Assembly: GCA_963674705.1 (NCBI GenBank)
Contig: OY771506.1
Coordinates: forward strand, 4,992,001-5,056,000
From: Phycisphaeraceae bacterium
Lineage (GTDB): Bacteria; Planctomycetota; Phycisphaerae; Phycisphaerales; Phycisphaeraceae
DNA: 64,000 nucleotides
Reading direction: 5' to 3'
Part shown: one piece after another, positions 40,045 to 49,422 of the stretch
How positions within the stretch are numbered: position 1 is the first letter of the stretch
Layout: every line of letters starts with the position of its first letter
Notes under the pieces: model-generated
Databases searched by the model: none
What the model saw: the letters and a program-made list of their open reading frames with translations, nothing else
Told to the model about the DNA's origin: nothing
Program-made: the position numbers and the translations under genes

Positions 40045-40195
40045 TTGGGGATTGGGGATTGGGGATTGTATTTATGATTTAGGATTTTGGATTTAGGATG
40101 TTTATGGCTAATGGCTGATGGCTAATGGCTCTATCCCCCAACGCCGGTCCTGAGCGCAGCGAAGGGGCGGGTGATTTTCGGGTATCGGGGGGGGA
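40043..40195 (+). repeat. composite repeat copy 4
   Basis: (GATTGGG)n - ATTGTATT - (GGATTTW)n - (GCTAATG)n - core 40138-40165 - CGGGTATCGG. Confidence 0.9.
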
Positions 40196-40401
40196 TGATG
40201 TGTTTGGTTGTTTGTTTTGATGTGAGGCGCGACCGATGGTCGCGGCTATACAAAGAACCCGACTGGGATGGCCGGGAGATTTCGAGTGGGTAAATGAGAC
40301 CGAAACTCAGGCGGGGAAATTGTCGTGCGTCTGGTGAAGGTGGAATGCATCTAAAATAGCGCTTAATTGTCCCTGTTACCCACTTTTACAAGGGAAGTGC
40401 T

Positions 40402-41751
40402 ATGGCGGATGTGATGAATGCGGATATCGTGGTTTTGGGTGGAAGCGCGGCGGGGATTACGGCGGCGATCACGGCTCGGCGGCATCATCCCGATAAGCGG
40501 ATTCTGCTGGTACGCAAGGAGAAGCAGGTGCCGATCCCTTGCGGGATTCCTTATATCTATGGCACGCTGGGCGATACCAAGAAGAACCTGATCCCGGATG
40601 CGGTGCTGGAGTCGAACAAGATCGACCTGGTGATGGCTGAGGTTGTCGAGATCAATCGTGAGAGACAGTGTTTAATCACGGATAACGGCAATGAGCTGAA
40701 GTACGAACGGTTGATCCTTGCGACGGGTTCCGTGCCGACGCAGCCGCCGATTTCGGGTATTGATCTTGAAGGCGTTTATGCGATCTGGAAAGATGTGGAT
40801 TACCTTGCGCAGTTGCAGGAGAAGTTGAAGCAAGCGAAGGACGTCGTGATTATTGGCGGGGGTTTTATCGGGATCGAATTCGCGGATGAGATCAACAAGG
40901 TGGATCACAAGAACGTGACGGTCCTGGAGCTGGCGGCGAATTGTCTGAGCTTGTCGTACGACACCGAGTTCTGCGAGGAGATGGAGGCGTTGTTGCGCGA
41001 GCGCGGTGTGACGGTGCGTACTTCCGTGATGGTTGAGCGGATTATTGGCGACGGGCATGTCAGTGCTGTAGAGCTTAAGGGCGGGACGACTGTGCCGGCG
41101 GATCTGGTGATCCTGGGCATCGGGGCGAAGGCGAATGTTGAGCTTGCGAAGGAGGCCGGGCTGCAACTGGGGCAGACGGGGAGCGTGGCGGTGGACCGGA
41201 CGATGCAGACATCGGACCCGGCGATCTTCGCCTGCGGCGACTGTGCTGAGAAGATTTCTTTCTTTGGCGGCGGGCCATCTGCATTGAAGCTTGCATCGAT
41301 CGCGCAGCTTGAAGCGCGGATCGCGGGGGCGAATGTTTACGGCCTGCGTCGTGAAAGCGACGGGACGCTTGGCGTGTGGTCGACGGCGGTGGGTGACCTT
41401 GCGATGGGGACGGCCGGCCTGACGGAAACGATGGCGAGGGATCGCGGCTACGACGTGGCGGTCGGCACGGTGCAGACGCCTAACCGTCATCCCGGTTGCA
41501 TGCCCGGGGCGGCGGCGGTGAAGGTGAAGCTCGTGTTCGAGAAGCATTCGCAAGTGCTGCTGGGCGGGCAGGTGCGTGGGAGCGTGTCGGTCGGCGAGTT
41601 GATCAACACGATCGCCGCGTGCGTGCAGAAGCGGATGACGGCGGAGGACATCGCGATGTTCCAGATGGGGACGCACCCGGCGTTGACGGCGTCGCCGATC
41701 GCATATCCGCTTGTCAATGCGGCCGAGGTCGCGATATGCCAGATGCAATAG
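40402..41751 (+). CDS. FAD-dependent pyridine nucleotide-disulfide oxidoreductase (NADH oxidase/CoA-disulfide reductase-like)
   Basis: GGSAAG, PCGIPY active-site Cys, LATGS, GGGFIG, FACGD. Confidence 0.92.
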   Translation: MADVMNADIVVLGGSAAGITAAITARRHHPDKRILLVRKEKQVPIPCGIPYIYGTLGDTKKNLIPDAVLESNKIDLVMAEVVEINRERQCLITDNGNELKYERLILATGSVPTQPPISGIDLEGVYAIWKDVDYLAQLQEKLKQAKDVVIIGGGFIGIEFADEINKVDHKNVTVLELAANCLSLSYDTEFCEEMEALLRERGVTVRTSVMVERIIGDGHVSAVELKGGTTVPADLVILGIGAKANVELAKEAGLQLGQTGSVAVDRTMQTSDPAIFACGDCAEKISFFGGGPSALKLASIAQLEARIAGANVYGLRRESDGTLGVWSTAVGDLAMGTAGLTETMARDRGYDVAVGTVQTPNRHPGCMPGAAAVKVKLVFEKHSQVLLGGQVRGSVSVGELINTIAACVQKRMTAEDIAMFQMGTHPALTASPIAYPLVNAAEVAICQMQ

Positions 41752-41816
41752 TGTCGGGCGGTTGTTGATGGTGCGTTGATAGTGGATTGATTGACTGGTT
41801 ACACAACATGTGAGTG

Positions 41817-41846
41817 AAAACCCGCAATACATTTGCGGGTTTTTTT
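41817..41846 (+). terminator. intrinsic terminator
   Basis: AAAACCCGCAA-tacat-TTGCGGGTTTTTTT. Confidence 0.8.
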
Positions 41847-42032
41847 ATTTGGCAACCGGCGCGTTCGGTGGTTGTGGTTATTGACAGTCCCTCCGTATGT
41901 CCGTGACTGCGTGTGTTTCGTGAGACTGTCGGCGTACCGGCGATACCATCGCCAGCTTTATGGGCGGACGACGGTTGGAGGATGGGTTATGATTTGCGGA
42001 TGCTGGATGAGAAGCGGGCAGGTACAACGCGG

Positions 42033-43790
42033 ATGACGGGCGAGACAGAAGCCGCGCGGCAGGCGTGGTGGATGTCGCCTGTAGGATTGATCGTGTTGAT
42101 CCTTGTGCTGCGCGTGGTGGCGCTACTGGTATTCAGTCCGTTGGGGCTGGTGTATGACGAGGCGCATTACTGGGAGTGGTCGCGGCGGCCGGACCTTTCT
42201 TATTACACGAAGGGGCCGGGCGTGGCGTGGGCGATCTTTGCGAGCACGTGGGTGTTCGGGACGTCTGTGTGGTCGGTGAAGCTGCCGGCGGTAATTGCAT
42301 CAGCGGTGTTGATGCTGGTTGGCGCGCGGTTGGGATGGCGGATCAGCGGCGGCAGGCGTGAGGCGGCGTGGTACGTAGTGGTAGCGCTGGCGGTGATGCC
42401 TGGGTATGTCGTGACGTCGATGTTGTTGACGACGGACATCTTTTACAGCGCCCTTTGGTTGATGGCGATCTGGTGTGCGTATGAAGCGTTGTATGGGGAA
42501 CGTTCTGCAAGGCAGCGCGTGTTGTGGTGGGCGGGGTGCGGATTTGTGCTGGGGTTGGCGGCGCTGTTCAAGTACACGGCGGTGCTGCTGGTGCCGGGCA
42601 TTTTGCTGGCGTGTTTGTTGGGTTCGTCGCGGCGGGATGAGCGAAGTGTTGGCAAATGCATCACTGGGGCAATACTTCCGGGGATTGCGGGGATACTTCC
42701 GGGGGTGGTGAGTTTTTCGCCGGTGTTGATCTGGAACATGCGGCAAGGCTGGCCGACGGTGAGTCATCAACTCGGGCGCGTGGGCGCGCCGGGTGGGGAT
42801 GAACAAGTGACGTGGGCGTGGTCGTGGATGTATGGGCCTGAATTCTGGGGAGCGCAGATCGGATTGCTTGCGGTTGTGGGGGTGGTGCTGATCGTGCTGT
42901 CGATCCGCTGGGCGATGCGGCGGCGGACGGAGGATGTGCAGGCCTGGGAAGCGCATCGGTTTTTGATCGTGTGTGCGTTGCCGATCCTGTTGTTCTACCT
43001 GGTGCTGAGTATATTCGTACGAGCGCAGGGAAACTGGGCGCTGGCGGGGTACAGCAGTTTGCTGGTGTTGGTGGGTCTCGCAGCGTCGGAGCAGATGCCG
43101 AAGTTTCGTAAGCGCGTCCGGCAATGGAAGGCGAAGCCTGCGCCGCGGCCGCATGAAGGTTTTTTACGCAAGAAGCCGGAGACGCTTTTTCAGGTATCGT
43201 GGCATTGGTTTGTGGGCGCGGGTGTGGCGATAGGATTGATATTGGTATTGGGGCCGTGGTTCATGACGTTACCGGGGCTGCGTGATTTGCCGGGCGCTGA
43301 AAAACTTGCGGAAAGACTGCAGGGACGCCCCACTACCGTGAATGCGATTGAGACGCAAAGACAGGCGCTGATCGGTCAAGGGATCGACCCGTTGATTGTT
43401 TGTGACAGTTATCAGAAGGCTGGGCTGCTTGCGTTTTATTTGCCGGACCGGCCGCGGACTTTTTCGGCGGTGTCGTTGCTTGGCGGGCGGCCATCGGCGT
43501 ATGATTTCTTCAAGGATACTGACCTGACAGATCCTTCACTGCGTGGGGCGGACCTGCTTTTGATCGGTGGAACGGAAGAGCGCTGGCAGGAAGCGTTGCG
43601 TTTTGATTCGATCGAGAAAGTGTCAGCCGATCCGACGATGTTCCTGGCGAGGGGGTACGCTGGAGTAAGACATGGGCATGGAGCGAAAGACAAAGCTGCA
43701 CCGGTTGATGGTGCTGACGATCTGGTTGCTGGGATTGGTGTTGATGCTGGTGATCGACTGGCCGATCGTCGAGCTGGCGGCGGAACATAA
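42033..43790 (+). CDS. ArnT/PMT (GT-C) family membrane glycosyltransferase
   Basis: DEAHYWEWS...SYYTKGPG, GLAALFKYT, PVLIWN; multiple transmembrane segments. Confidence 0.88.
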   Translation: MTGETEAARQAWWMSPVGLIVLILVLRVVALLVFSPLGLVYDEAHYWEWSRRPDLSYYTKGPGVAWAIFASTWVFGTSVWSVKLPAVIASAVLMLVGARLGWRISGGRREAAWYVVVALAVMPGYVVTSMLLTTDIFYSALWLMAIWCAYEALYGERSARQRVLWWAGCGFVLGLAALFKYTAVLLVPGILLACLLGSSRRDERSVGKCITGAILPGIAGILPGVVSFSPVLIWNMRQGWPTVSHQLGRVGAPGGDEQVTWAWSWMYGPEFWGAQIGLLAVVGVVLIVLSIRWAMRRRTEDVQAWEAHRFLIVCALPILLFYLVLSIFVRAQGNWALAGYSSLLVLVGLAASEQMPKFRKRVRQWKAKPAPRPHEGFLRKKPETLFQVSWHWFVGAGVAIGLILVLGPWFMTLPGLRDLPGAEKLAERLQGRPTTVNAIETQRQALIGQGIDPLIVCDSYQKAGLLAFYLPDRPRTFSAVSLLGGRPSAYDFFKDTDLTDPSLRGADLLLIGGTEERWQEALRFDSIEKVSADPTMFLARGYAGVRHGHGAKDKAAPVDGADDLVAGIGVDAGDRLADRRAGGGT

Positions 43791-44313
43791 GCCGGATGTG
43801 TACGGCACGGATTTGTACTACGGGTTCCGCTTGTTCGGCGCGTATCCGGTGTGGCTGATCATCGGACTGGCGTTGTGGCTGATCGACCGCGCGGATGGAA
43901 GCCTGTCAAGCAAAGCGGTGAAGGAGCGGGCGCTGGCGGTCGTGTTGTCGCCGATGATCGCGGGGCTGCTTGCGGCGGTGTTGAAGCTTTTGTTACGACG
44001 TGAGCGACCGGACCTGGAGGTGATGCACTACGTGTTTCGGCCATTTTCCGAACACACGTTCATGGGCGGCGGACTGGGATTACCCAGCAGCCACAGCTCG
44101 ATCGCATTTGCGGGGATGATCACACTGGCGCGGCTGTGCCCGTCGATCCGTACACTGGCGATCACACTGGCGATCGGCACGGGCTTGCAGCGGATCATCA
44201 GCGGGGCGCACTTTCCTTCGGATGTCTACGCCGGCGCGACGGTGGGATACTTCAGCGTCGTGCTGACCTGGGCGCTGCACCGGCGGTTCGGCACGGGTTC
44301 GCTGCTGACATAG
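43672..44313 (+). CDS. PAP2 family phosphatase
   Basis: K......RP, PSSH and RIISGAHFPSD motifs. Confidence 0.9.
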   Translation: MGMERKTKLHRLMVLTIWLLGLVLMLVIDWPIVELAAEHKPDVYGTDLYYGFRLFGAYPVWLIIGLALWLIDRADGSLSSKAVKERALAVVLSPMIAGLLAAVLKLLLRRERPDLEVMHYVFRPFSEHTFMGGGLGLPSSHSSIAFAGMITLARLCPSIRTLAITLAIGTGLQRIISGAHFPSDVYAGATVGYFSVVLTWALHRRFGTGSLLT

Positions 44314-44404
44314 CTCAACAGCGTGAAAATGTTGCTGGATGCTTCGATTTGACGCGAGCAATCGCGTTGTCCGGACCTGGGACCAAGGCCGAAACCACCT
44401 GCAC

Positions 44405-44433
44405 TTGACCGCGTCGTGTGTAGCGGCAAGAAT
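44405..44433 (+). promoter_or_regulatory. sigma70-type promoter of tRNA-Ala
   Basis: TTGACC-17 nt-AAGAAT. Confidence 0.5.
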
Positions 44434-44444
44434 ACCCACGTTAA

Positions 44445-44517
44445 GGGGCCGTAGCTCAATTGGGAGAGCGCTGCGTTCGCAATGCAGAGGTTGTGGGTTC
44501 GATCCCCGTCGGCTCCA
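44445..44517 (+). tRNA. tRNA-Ala(CGC)
   Basis: GGGGCCGTAGCTCAATTGGGAGAGCGCTGCGTTCGCAATGCAG...GGTTCGATCC...CGGCTCCA; G3:U70 pair. Confidence 0.96.
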
Positions 44518-44518
44518 T

Positions 44519-44598
44519 TTTGGGATTTGGGTTCTGGGGTCCGTCAATCTTCAGGTGATTGGATGCTGCACCGACGCCGGTCCTGAGCGAAGCGAAGG
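44519..44598 (+). repeat. composite repeat copy 5 (degenerate)
   Basis: TGGGATTTGGG... and core CCGACGCCGGTCCTGAGCGAAGCGAAGG at 44571-44598. Confidence 0.8.
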
Positions 44599-44704
44599 GG
44601 TGGACGATCTTTGGAGGGATCATCGTACGGGCTTACTGGTTGTGTAGCTGAAGCGACACGAGCCCTATTGCACCATCCCTCTGAGATGAGCTTACGCTAC
44701 ATAG

Positions 44705-44872
44705 CCGTCGAACATCGGCGCGGTCGGCATGCTGTTGAGCTTCGCGGTGACACTGGTGCTGGCCCCGATGTTCCCGCTGGCAAGCCAGGCGGTACACGAC
44801 CCGGTCGACTCCATACGCGAACCACACGACGCAGGCCCGGCAGTGGAAATCGAGGCGGTGGTGGAGCGCTAG
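44705..44872 (+). pseudogene. C-terminal remnant of a sodium:solute symporter
   Basis: hand translation PSNIGAVGMLLSFAVTLVLAPMFPLASQAVHDPVDSIREPHDAG...* resembles the last helix and tail of ActP-like SSS transporters. Confidence 0.5.
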
Positions 44873-44977
44873 TTCAGGCTGCAAAACTCACAGGTATTTA
44901 TCTTAACAGCATTGTTTATGAACATCGTGCTTATACATATAGTTCTTGCGTTACGGGTCAGGTAGACGTAGTGCGTG

Positions 44978-45539
44978 ATGTTCACCATAAAGCAGATCAT
45001 TTTTATTGTTGTAACCCTACTCGCTGCATTGCCTGTAACCACGCGTGCAGACACCATGATCGAGACCACGGTTTACAACCGTGGTGAAGGAGGGTACTAC
45101 GGGTTTCGCATCCCTATGATTATTACTGCACAAAACGGCGATCTGCTTGCTTTCGCTGAAGCACGCCAGGATAGCATAGGCGACGACGGCAATATCGATG
45201 TTGTATCTGCAGCACCTGCGAATATCCATGACGGCGCTCGCACCTGAACACTTCATTCAGAAGCTGACATTGGCTGGCGACCTGAACGGCGACGGCTTCG
45301 TGGGCCTCGACGATCTGGACCTGATCCTGAACAACTGGAATCAGACTGTAACACCAAGCGCTGCGGCCGATCCAACAGGCGACGGTTACGTCGGGCTCGA
45401 TGATCTGGACATCGTGCTGAACAACTGGAACGCGGGGACGCTGCCTGTTGACAGCGCCAACATCCCGGAGCCGGTGAGCGCCGTGCTGCTGGCGGCGGGT
45501 GGTTTGGGGCTGGTTTCACGACGTGGGGAGCTATTATAA
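44978..45539 (+). pseudogene. internally deleted sialidase-dockerin-PEP-CTERM gene
   Basis: signal peptide plus FRIP...GDLLAFAEAR...DGNIDVV, joined out of frame near 45205 to GDLNGDGFVGLDDLD x2 and IPEPVS tail. Confidence 0.85.
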
Positions 45540-45781
45540 AAAGCTGCACCCCGGTCCAGCCAGCCAGACATCTGAGCTGGATTGCTAGATAACCTGTTGC
45601 CATACCAAGGCTTGGCGCACTTGACCCGATGGGTATGGGTATTGAGTCTGAGTTGACGTAAGGCTCTGGGGGCATTAATCTTCCCGATTCGAGATTACAT
45701 GCAGTAGTCCCCCCCAGCCGGCCGGCGGGATAAAGGTTCGAGCCGGCGTTAATTGTGATAGCCCACTGAGGAAGTCAAGCC

Positions 45782-45964
45782 ATGCTACCCGTACAACGTC
45801 AGACCCGGACCCAAGGCCGTAAGCGTCGGTCCCATGATGCACTCAAGCCCGTGCACGTGGCGAACTGCCCGAACTGCGGCAGCCCGCGTTTGCCGCACAC
45901 CGCGTGCAATGAATGTGGTTATGTCCGCCCGGGCCTGAAGCTCAACCTGTCCAAGGAAGACTAA
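45782..45964 (+). CDS. rpmF: 50S ribosomal protein L32
   Basis: RKRRSH, CPNCG...PHTACNECG; precedes plsX. Confidence 0.95.
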   Translation: MLPVQRQTRTQGRKRRSHDALKPVHVANCPNCGSPRLPHTACNECGYVRPGLKLNLSKED

Positions 45965-45968
45965 ACAC

Positions 45969-46997
45969 GTGCGAATCGCCATCGACGTCATGGGGGGCGA
46001 CAATGCCCCCGATGCGATCCTTGCCGGCGCTCTGGACGCGGTCGATCTGCTTAGCGGCAACGATCAGCTTGTCCTCGTGGGCGATGGCGATGTGATACAA
46101 GCGGGTATCGCCCAGCGCGGTCTTAGTAATGATGCGCGCCTGGAAGTCGTCGCGACGACAGAGGTCGTCGGGATGGACGAAGCGCCAGTTCAGGCGATCC
46201 GCACAAAGCAGAACAGTTCACTGGTCCGCATGGCGGAACTGGGCAGCAAGAAGGCAAAAGACAAGCAATGTGATGTGGTGATCAGCGCGGGCAACACCGG
46301 CGCGTGTGTCGCTGCGTGTCAGATGGCGATGCGTCGCTTGCCGGGCGTGCATCGCCCGGGCGTCGCGGTGCCCGTGCCGACGTTCCATGGGCCGATCGTC
46401 TTGTGTGATGTCGGCGCGAACCCTGAGCCCCGCCCCACTCACCTGCATCAATACGCCCACATGGCCCGCGTGTATGCCAGCCGAGTGCTGGGCGTTAACA
46501 ACCCGCGTGTCGCACTGATGTCGATCGGTGGCGAAGAAGGTAAAGGCAATAACCTGACGCGCGAAACCCACAAACTGATGAAGGCCGACGATTCGGTAAA
46601 TTACGTCGGCTATGTTGAAGGCCGTGACTTGTTCGCGAACAAGGCGGACGTGGTCGCCACGGAAGGCTTCACCGGCAACGTGGTGATCAAGCTGGCGGAG
46701 GGTTTGTCCGCCGGGCTGTTCCATACGATCCTCCATGAAGTGATGGAGATCAGCCCCGACCTGGCGGAGCAGTTCAAGCCGGTGATCAAAAGGATTTACG
46801 CAAAACACGACTACCATGAGTTCGGCGGAGCGCCGCTGCTGGGCGCCAACGGTGTGTGCATGATCTGCCACGGCTCCAGCGAAGCGAGAACGATCACCTC
46901 TTCCGTGAAAGCCGCGATAAATTACATGCGGCACAACGTGAATGACGGGATCATCGAAGCGCTCAGCGATCAGGCCACGGCCGAGGTACCCGCATGA
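45969..46997 (+). CDS. plsX: phosphate acyltransferase PlsX
   Basis: IAIDVMGGDNAP, SAGNTGA, GGAPLLG. Confidence 0.97.
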   Translation: MRIAIDVMGGDNAPDAILAGALDAVDLLSGNDQLVLVGDGDVIQAGIAQRGLSNDARLEVVATTEVVGMDEAPVQAIRTKQNSSLVRMAELGSKKAKDKQCDVVISAGNTGACVAACQMAMRRLPGVHRPGVAVPVPTFHGPIVLCDVGANPEPRPTHLHQYAHMARVYASRVLGVNNPRVALMSIGGEEGKGNNLTRETHKLMKADDSVNYVGYVEGRDLFANKADVVATEGFTGNVVIKLAEGLSAGLFHTILHEVMEISPDLAEQFKPVIKRIYAKHDYHEFGGAPLLGANGVCMICHGSSEARTITSSVKAAINYMRHNVNDGIIEALSDQATAEVPA

Positions 46998-48001
46998 CAA
47001 CCAGCTACAGTTCTCCCGCCGGTGTCCGCATCGCGGGCACGGGGATGGCGGTCCCGCCACGCAAAGTCAGTAACGATGATCTGGCTAAGTTTGTCGATAC
47101 ATCCGACGAATGGATCCGTCCTCGCACGGGCATCGTGACCCGGCACCTCAGTGACGAAACGCAACTGACCAGCGACCTGGCCGCCGAGGCGGTGAAGCAG
47201 GCGCTCGATAACGCGGGCCTCGAACCGAAGGACCTGGACCTGCTGGTCTGTTCGACGATGACGCCGGACGTGATCTGCCCAGCGACGGCTTGCCGGGTCG
47301 TAAGCAAGATCGGCGCGATCCCCTGCGGCGCGATGGATTTGAACCTGGCGTGTACCGGCCTGGTTGCGGGCTTATCGATTGCCAACAACTTCATCATGAG
47401 CGGCGCTTTCAAGAACATCGCGGTGATCGGCGCTGACCGGCTCAGTACGATCGTGAACTGGGACGACCGGCGGACGTGCGTGCTGTTCGGTGATGCGGCG
47501 GGCGCGATGGTGCTCAGTGCATCGGATAACGCCAGCCAGCAGTGCCTCTACCAGCAACTGAATTCCGACGGCGACATGGGCGAGGTACTTTACGTACCTC
47601 GCACCGAGAGCGACATCCCCGAGCGTGGCAAGGAAAGCTTCAACGGCAAGTTCAACACGCTGCAGATGAACGGCCGCGAGGTTTACAAGTTTGCCGTCAA
47701 CGCTTTGCAGGAATGTGTGCGTAACGCACTGAATCACACCGGGCTGACCGCAGACGACATCAAGATGGTCGTCGCGCACCAGTCCAACATCCGCATGCTG
47801 CAAAGCGCGTGGAAGAAGATGGGCTTCCCGGATGAAAAGATCTACATCAACATCGACCGCTTCGGCAACACATCGGCCGCGAGCATCGGCCTGTGCATGC
47901 ACGAACTGACCGAACAAGGCACGGTCGGCGAGGGCGATTACGTGATTTTTGTCGCACAAGGCGGCGGGCTGACATGGGGGGCTAGTTTGTGGCGGTTATG
48001 A
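46994..48001 (+). CDS. fabH: beta-ketoacyl-ACP synthase III
   Basis: DTSDEWI, ACTG, HQSN, GNTSAAS, GGGLTWG. Confidence 0.95.
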   Translation: MTTSYSSPAGVRIAGTGMAVPPRKVSNDDLAKFVDTSDEWIRPRTGIVTRHLSDETQLTSDLAAEAVKQALDNAGLEPKDLDLLVCSTMTPDVICPATACRVVSKIGAIPCGAMDLNLACTGLVAGLSIANNFIMSGAFKNIAVIGADRLSTIVNWDDRRTCVLFGDAAGAMVLSASDNASQQCLYQQLNSDGDMGEVLYVPRTESDIPERGKESFNGKFNTLQMNGREVYKFAVNALQECVRNALNHTGLTADDIKMVVAHQSNIRMLQSAWKKMGFPDEKIYINIDRFGNTSAASIGLCMHELTEQGTVGEGDYVIFVAQGGGLTWGASLWRL

Positions 48002-48002
48002 G

Positions 48003-48446
48003 AATCGCTGATGTGTAATCGTTAATTGCTAATTGTGTTAAGGGGGAACGCAATGAATCAAGACGAGATGCGTGATCGGACAAAAAGATTTGCCGTCAGA
48101 ATTGTAAAACTGGTTTCAGCATTACCCGAAAAGAAGCAGGCCAGTTACGTTTTAGGGAGACAGCTACTTAAATCCGGAACCTCAATTGGTGCGAATTACC
48201 GCGAGGCAACCAGGGCTTCTTCAAAACGGCACTTTATTACGACATTGGAAATCGCACAAAGAGAAGCCGAGGAAACGTACTACTGGTTGGAACTACTCGT
48301 CGAAACCGATACGATGAGTCACAAACGACTGGCCAAACTGATGCAAGAATGCAAAGAATTGATTGCAATACTTACCGCAGCCGTACGAACCGCAAAATCG
48401 CGTCCATAGCCGGTATATTAGCGATTAACAATTAGAGATTAGCAAT
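48003..48446. repeat. inverted 7-nt tandem arms enclosing the four-helix-bundle gene
   Basis: left arm aatcgct gatgtgt aatcgtt aattgct aattg (48003-48035); right arm attagcg attaaca attagag attagca at (48417-48446). Confidence 0.8.
48053..48409 (+). CDS. four helix bundle protein (23S rRNA IVS-protein / TIGR02436-like)
   Basis: RTKRFA...QLLKSGTSIGANYREA.RA.S...F...AQREAEETYYWLELL; more AT-rich than the flanking fab genes. Confidence 0.93.
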   Translation: MNQDEMRDRTKRFAVRIVKLVSALPEKKQASYVLGRQLLKSGTSIGANYREATRASSKRHFITTLEIAQREAEETYYWLELLVETDTMSHKRLAKLMQECKELIAILTAAVRTAKSRP

Positions 48447-49380
48447 GCCTAGTGATAATAACATCCTGCTCTGCCCCGGCCAAGGCGCTCAACACGTTGG
48501 TATGGCCAAGGAGTGGTGCGAGGTTTCGAGCGCAGCGAAGGCTGTCTTTGATAAGGCAGTCAAAGCGCTTGGTTTCGATCTGACCAAACTCTGCTTTGAC
48601 GGTCCGGAGGATGAACTGAACCGTACGGACATGGCGCAGGTTGCGATTTATACGGCTTCGGTTGCGTGCCATCGGGCACTGGTTGAAGCGGGTGAGGTTG
48701 GTGAACCGGCATTGACTGCCGGCTTGAGCCTGGGTGAGTTCACGGCCCTGCATCTGGCCGGCGCGTTCGACTTTTTGACCGGGCTTGAACTGGTGAAACT
48801 GCGTGGCCAGGCGATGCAGGATGCGGCGGAGATGAGCGAGTCGAGCATGGTCGCGCTGGTCGGCGCCGATGAAGCAGAGGCGATGGCGCTTTGCGAAGAA
48901 GCGCTGAACGATCCGGAAAACCAGGGCGAGGAAGTGCTCGTGCCCGCGAACTTCAACTGCCCCGGGCAGGTGGTGATCAGTGGTTCGCTGAAGGCTTGTG
49001 AACGTGCTGAATCCGTCGCGGACAAGATGGGGATACGCTCCACACAGCTTGCGGTAGCCGGTGCGTTCCACTCGCCGTTGATGAGCCCGGCCGCGGATAA
49101 GCTGGCGGAGGCGTTGGATAAAGTGGACTGGAGCTTGCCGAAGGTCCCGGTGATGTCTAACGTGACCGCAAAACCGCACGAGAACGACATCGATTCGATC
49201 AAGCAGCGGCTGGTTGAACAATTGACGCACCCGGTGCGTTGGTCGCAGTGCATGGAGCACGTGCTTGCGGAAAATCCGGATGCAAGGCTGATCGAGCTGG
49301 CTCCCGGCAAGGTGCTAAGCGGGTTGATGCGTCGGATCGATCGCAAGGCCAAAGTTGAGAACTTTGCCAAGCCAAGCTAA
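48445..49380 (+). CDS. fabD: malonyl-CoA:ACP transacylase
   Basis: PGQGAQ, GLSLGE, AGAFHS. Confidence 0.96.
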   Translation: MPSDNNILLCPGQGAQHVGMAKEWCEVSSAAKAVFDKAVKALGFDLTKLCFDGPEDELNRTDMAQVAIYTASVACHRALVEAGEVGEPALTAGLSLGEFTALHLAGAFDFLTGLELVKLRGQAMQDAAEMSESSMVALVGADEAEAMALCEEALNDPENQGEEVLVPANFNCPGQVVISGSLKACERAESVADKMGIRSTQLAVAGAFHSPLMSPAADKLAEALDKVDWSLPKVPVMSNVTAKPHENDIDSIKQRLVEQLTHPVRWSQCMEHVLAENPDARLIELAPGKVLSGLMRRIDRKAKVENFAKPS

Positions 49381-49422
49381 ACAGGAACCGGGAACAGGTA
49401 AGATCAAAGGACGGCAGAGCTG

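Noticed and set aside
48053..48409. Diversity-generating retroelement (Avd-like protein)
   Set aside because: No reverse transcriptase and no TR/VR pair with adenine-specific mismatches were found; differences among dockerin modules look synonymous rather than A-specific.
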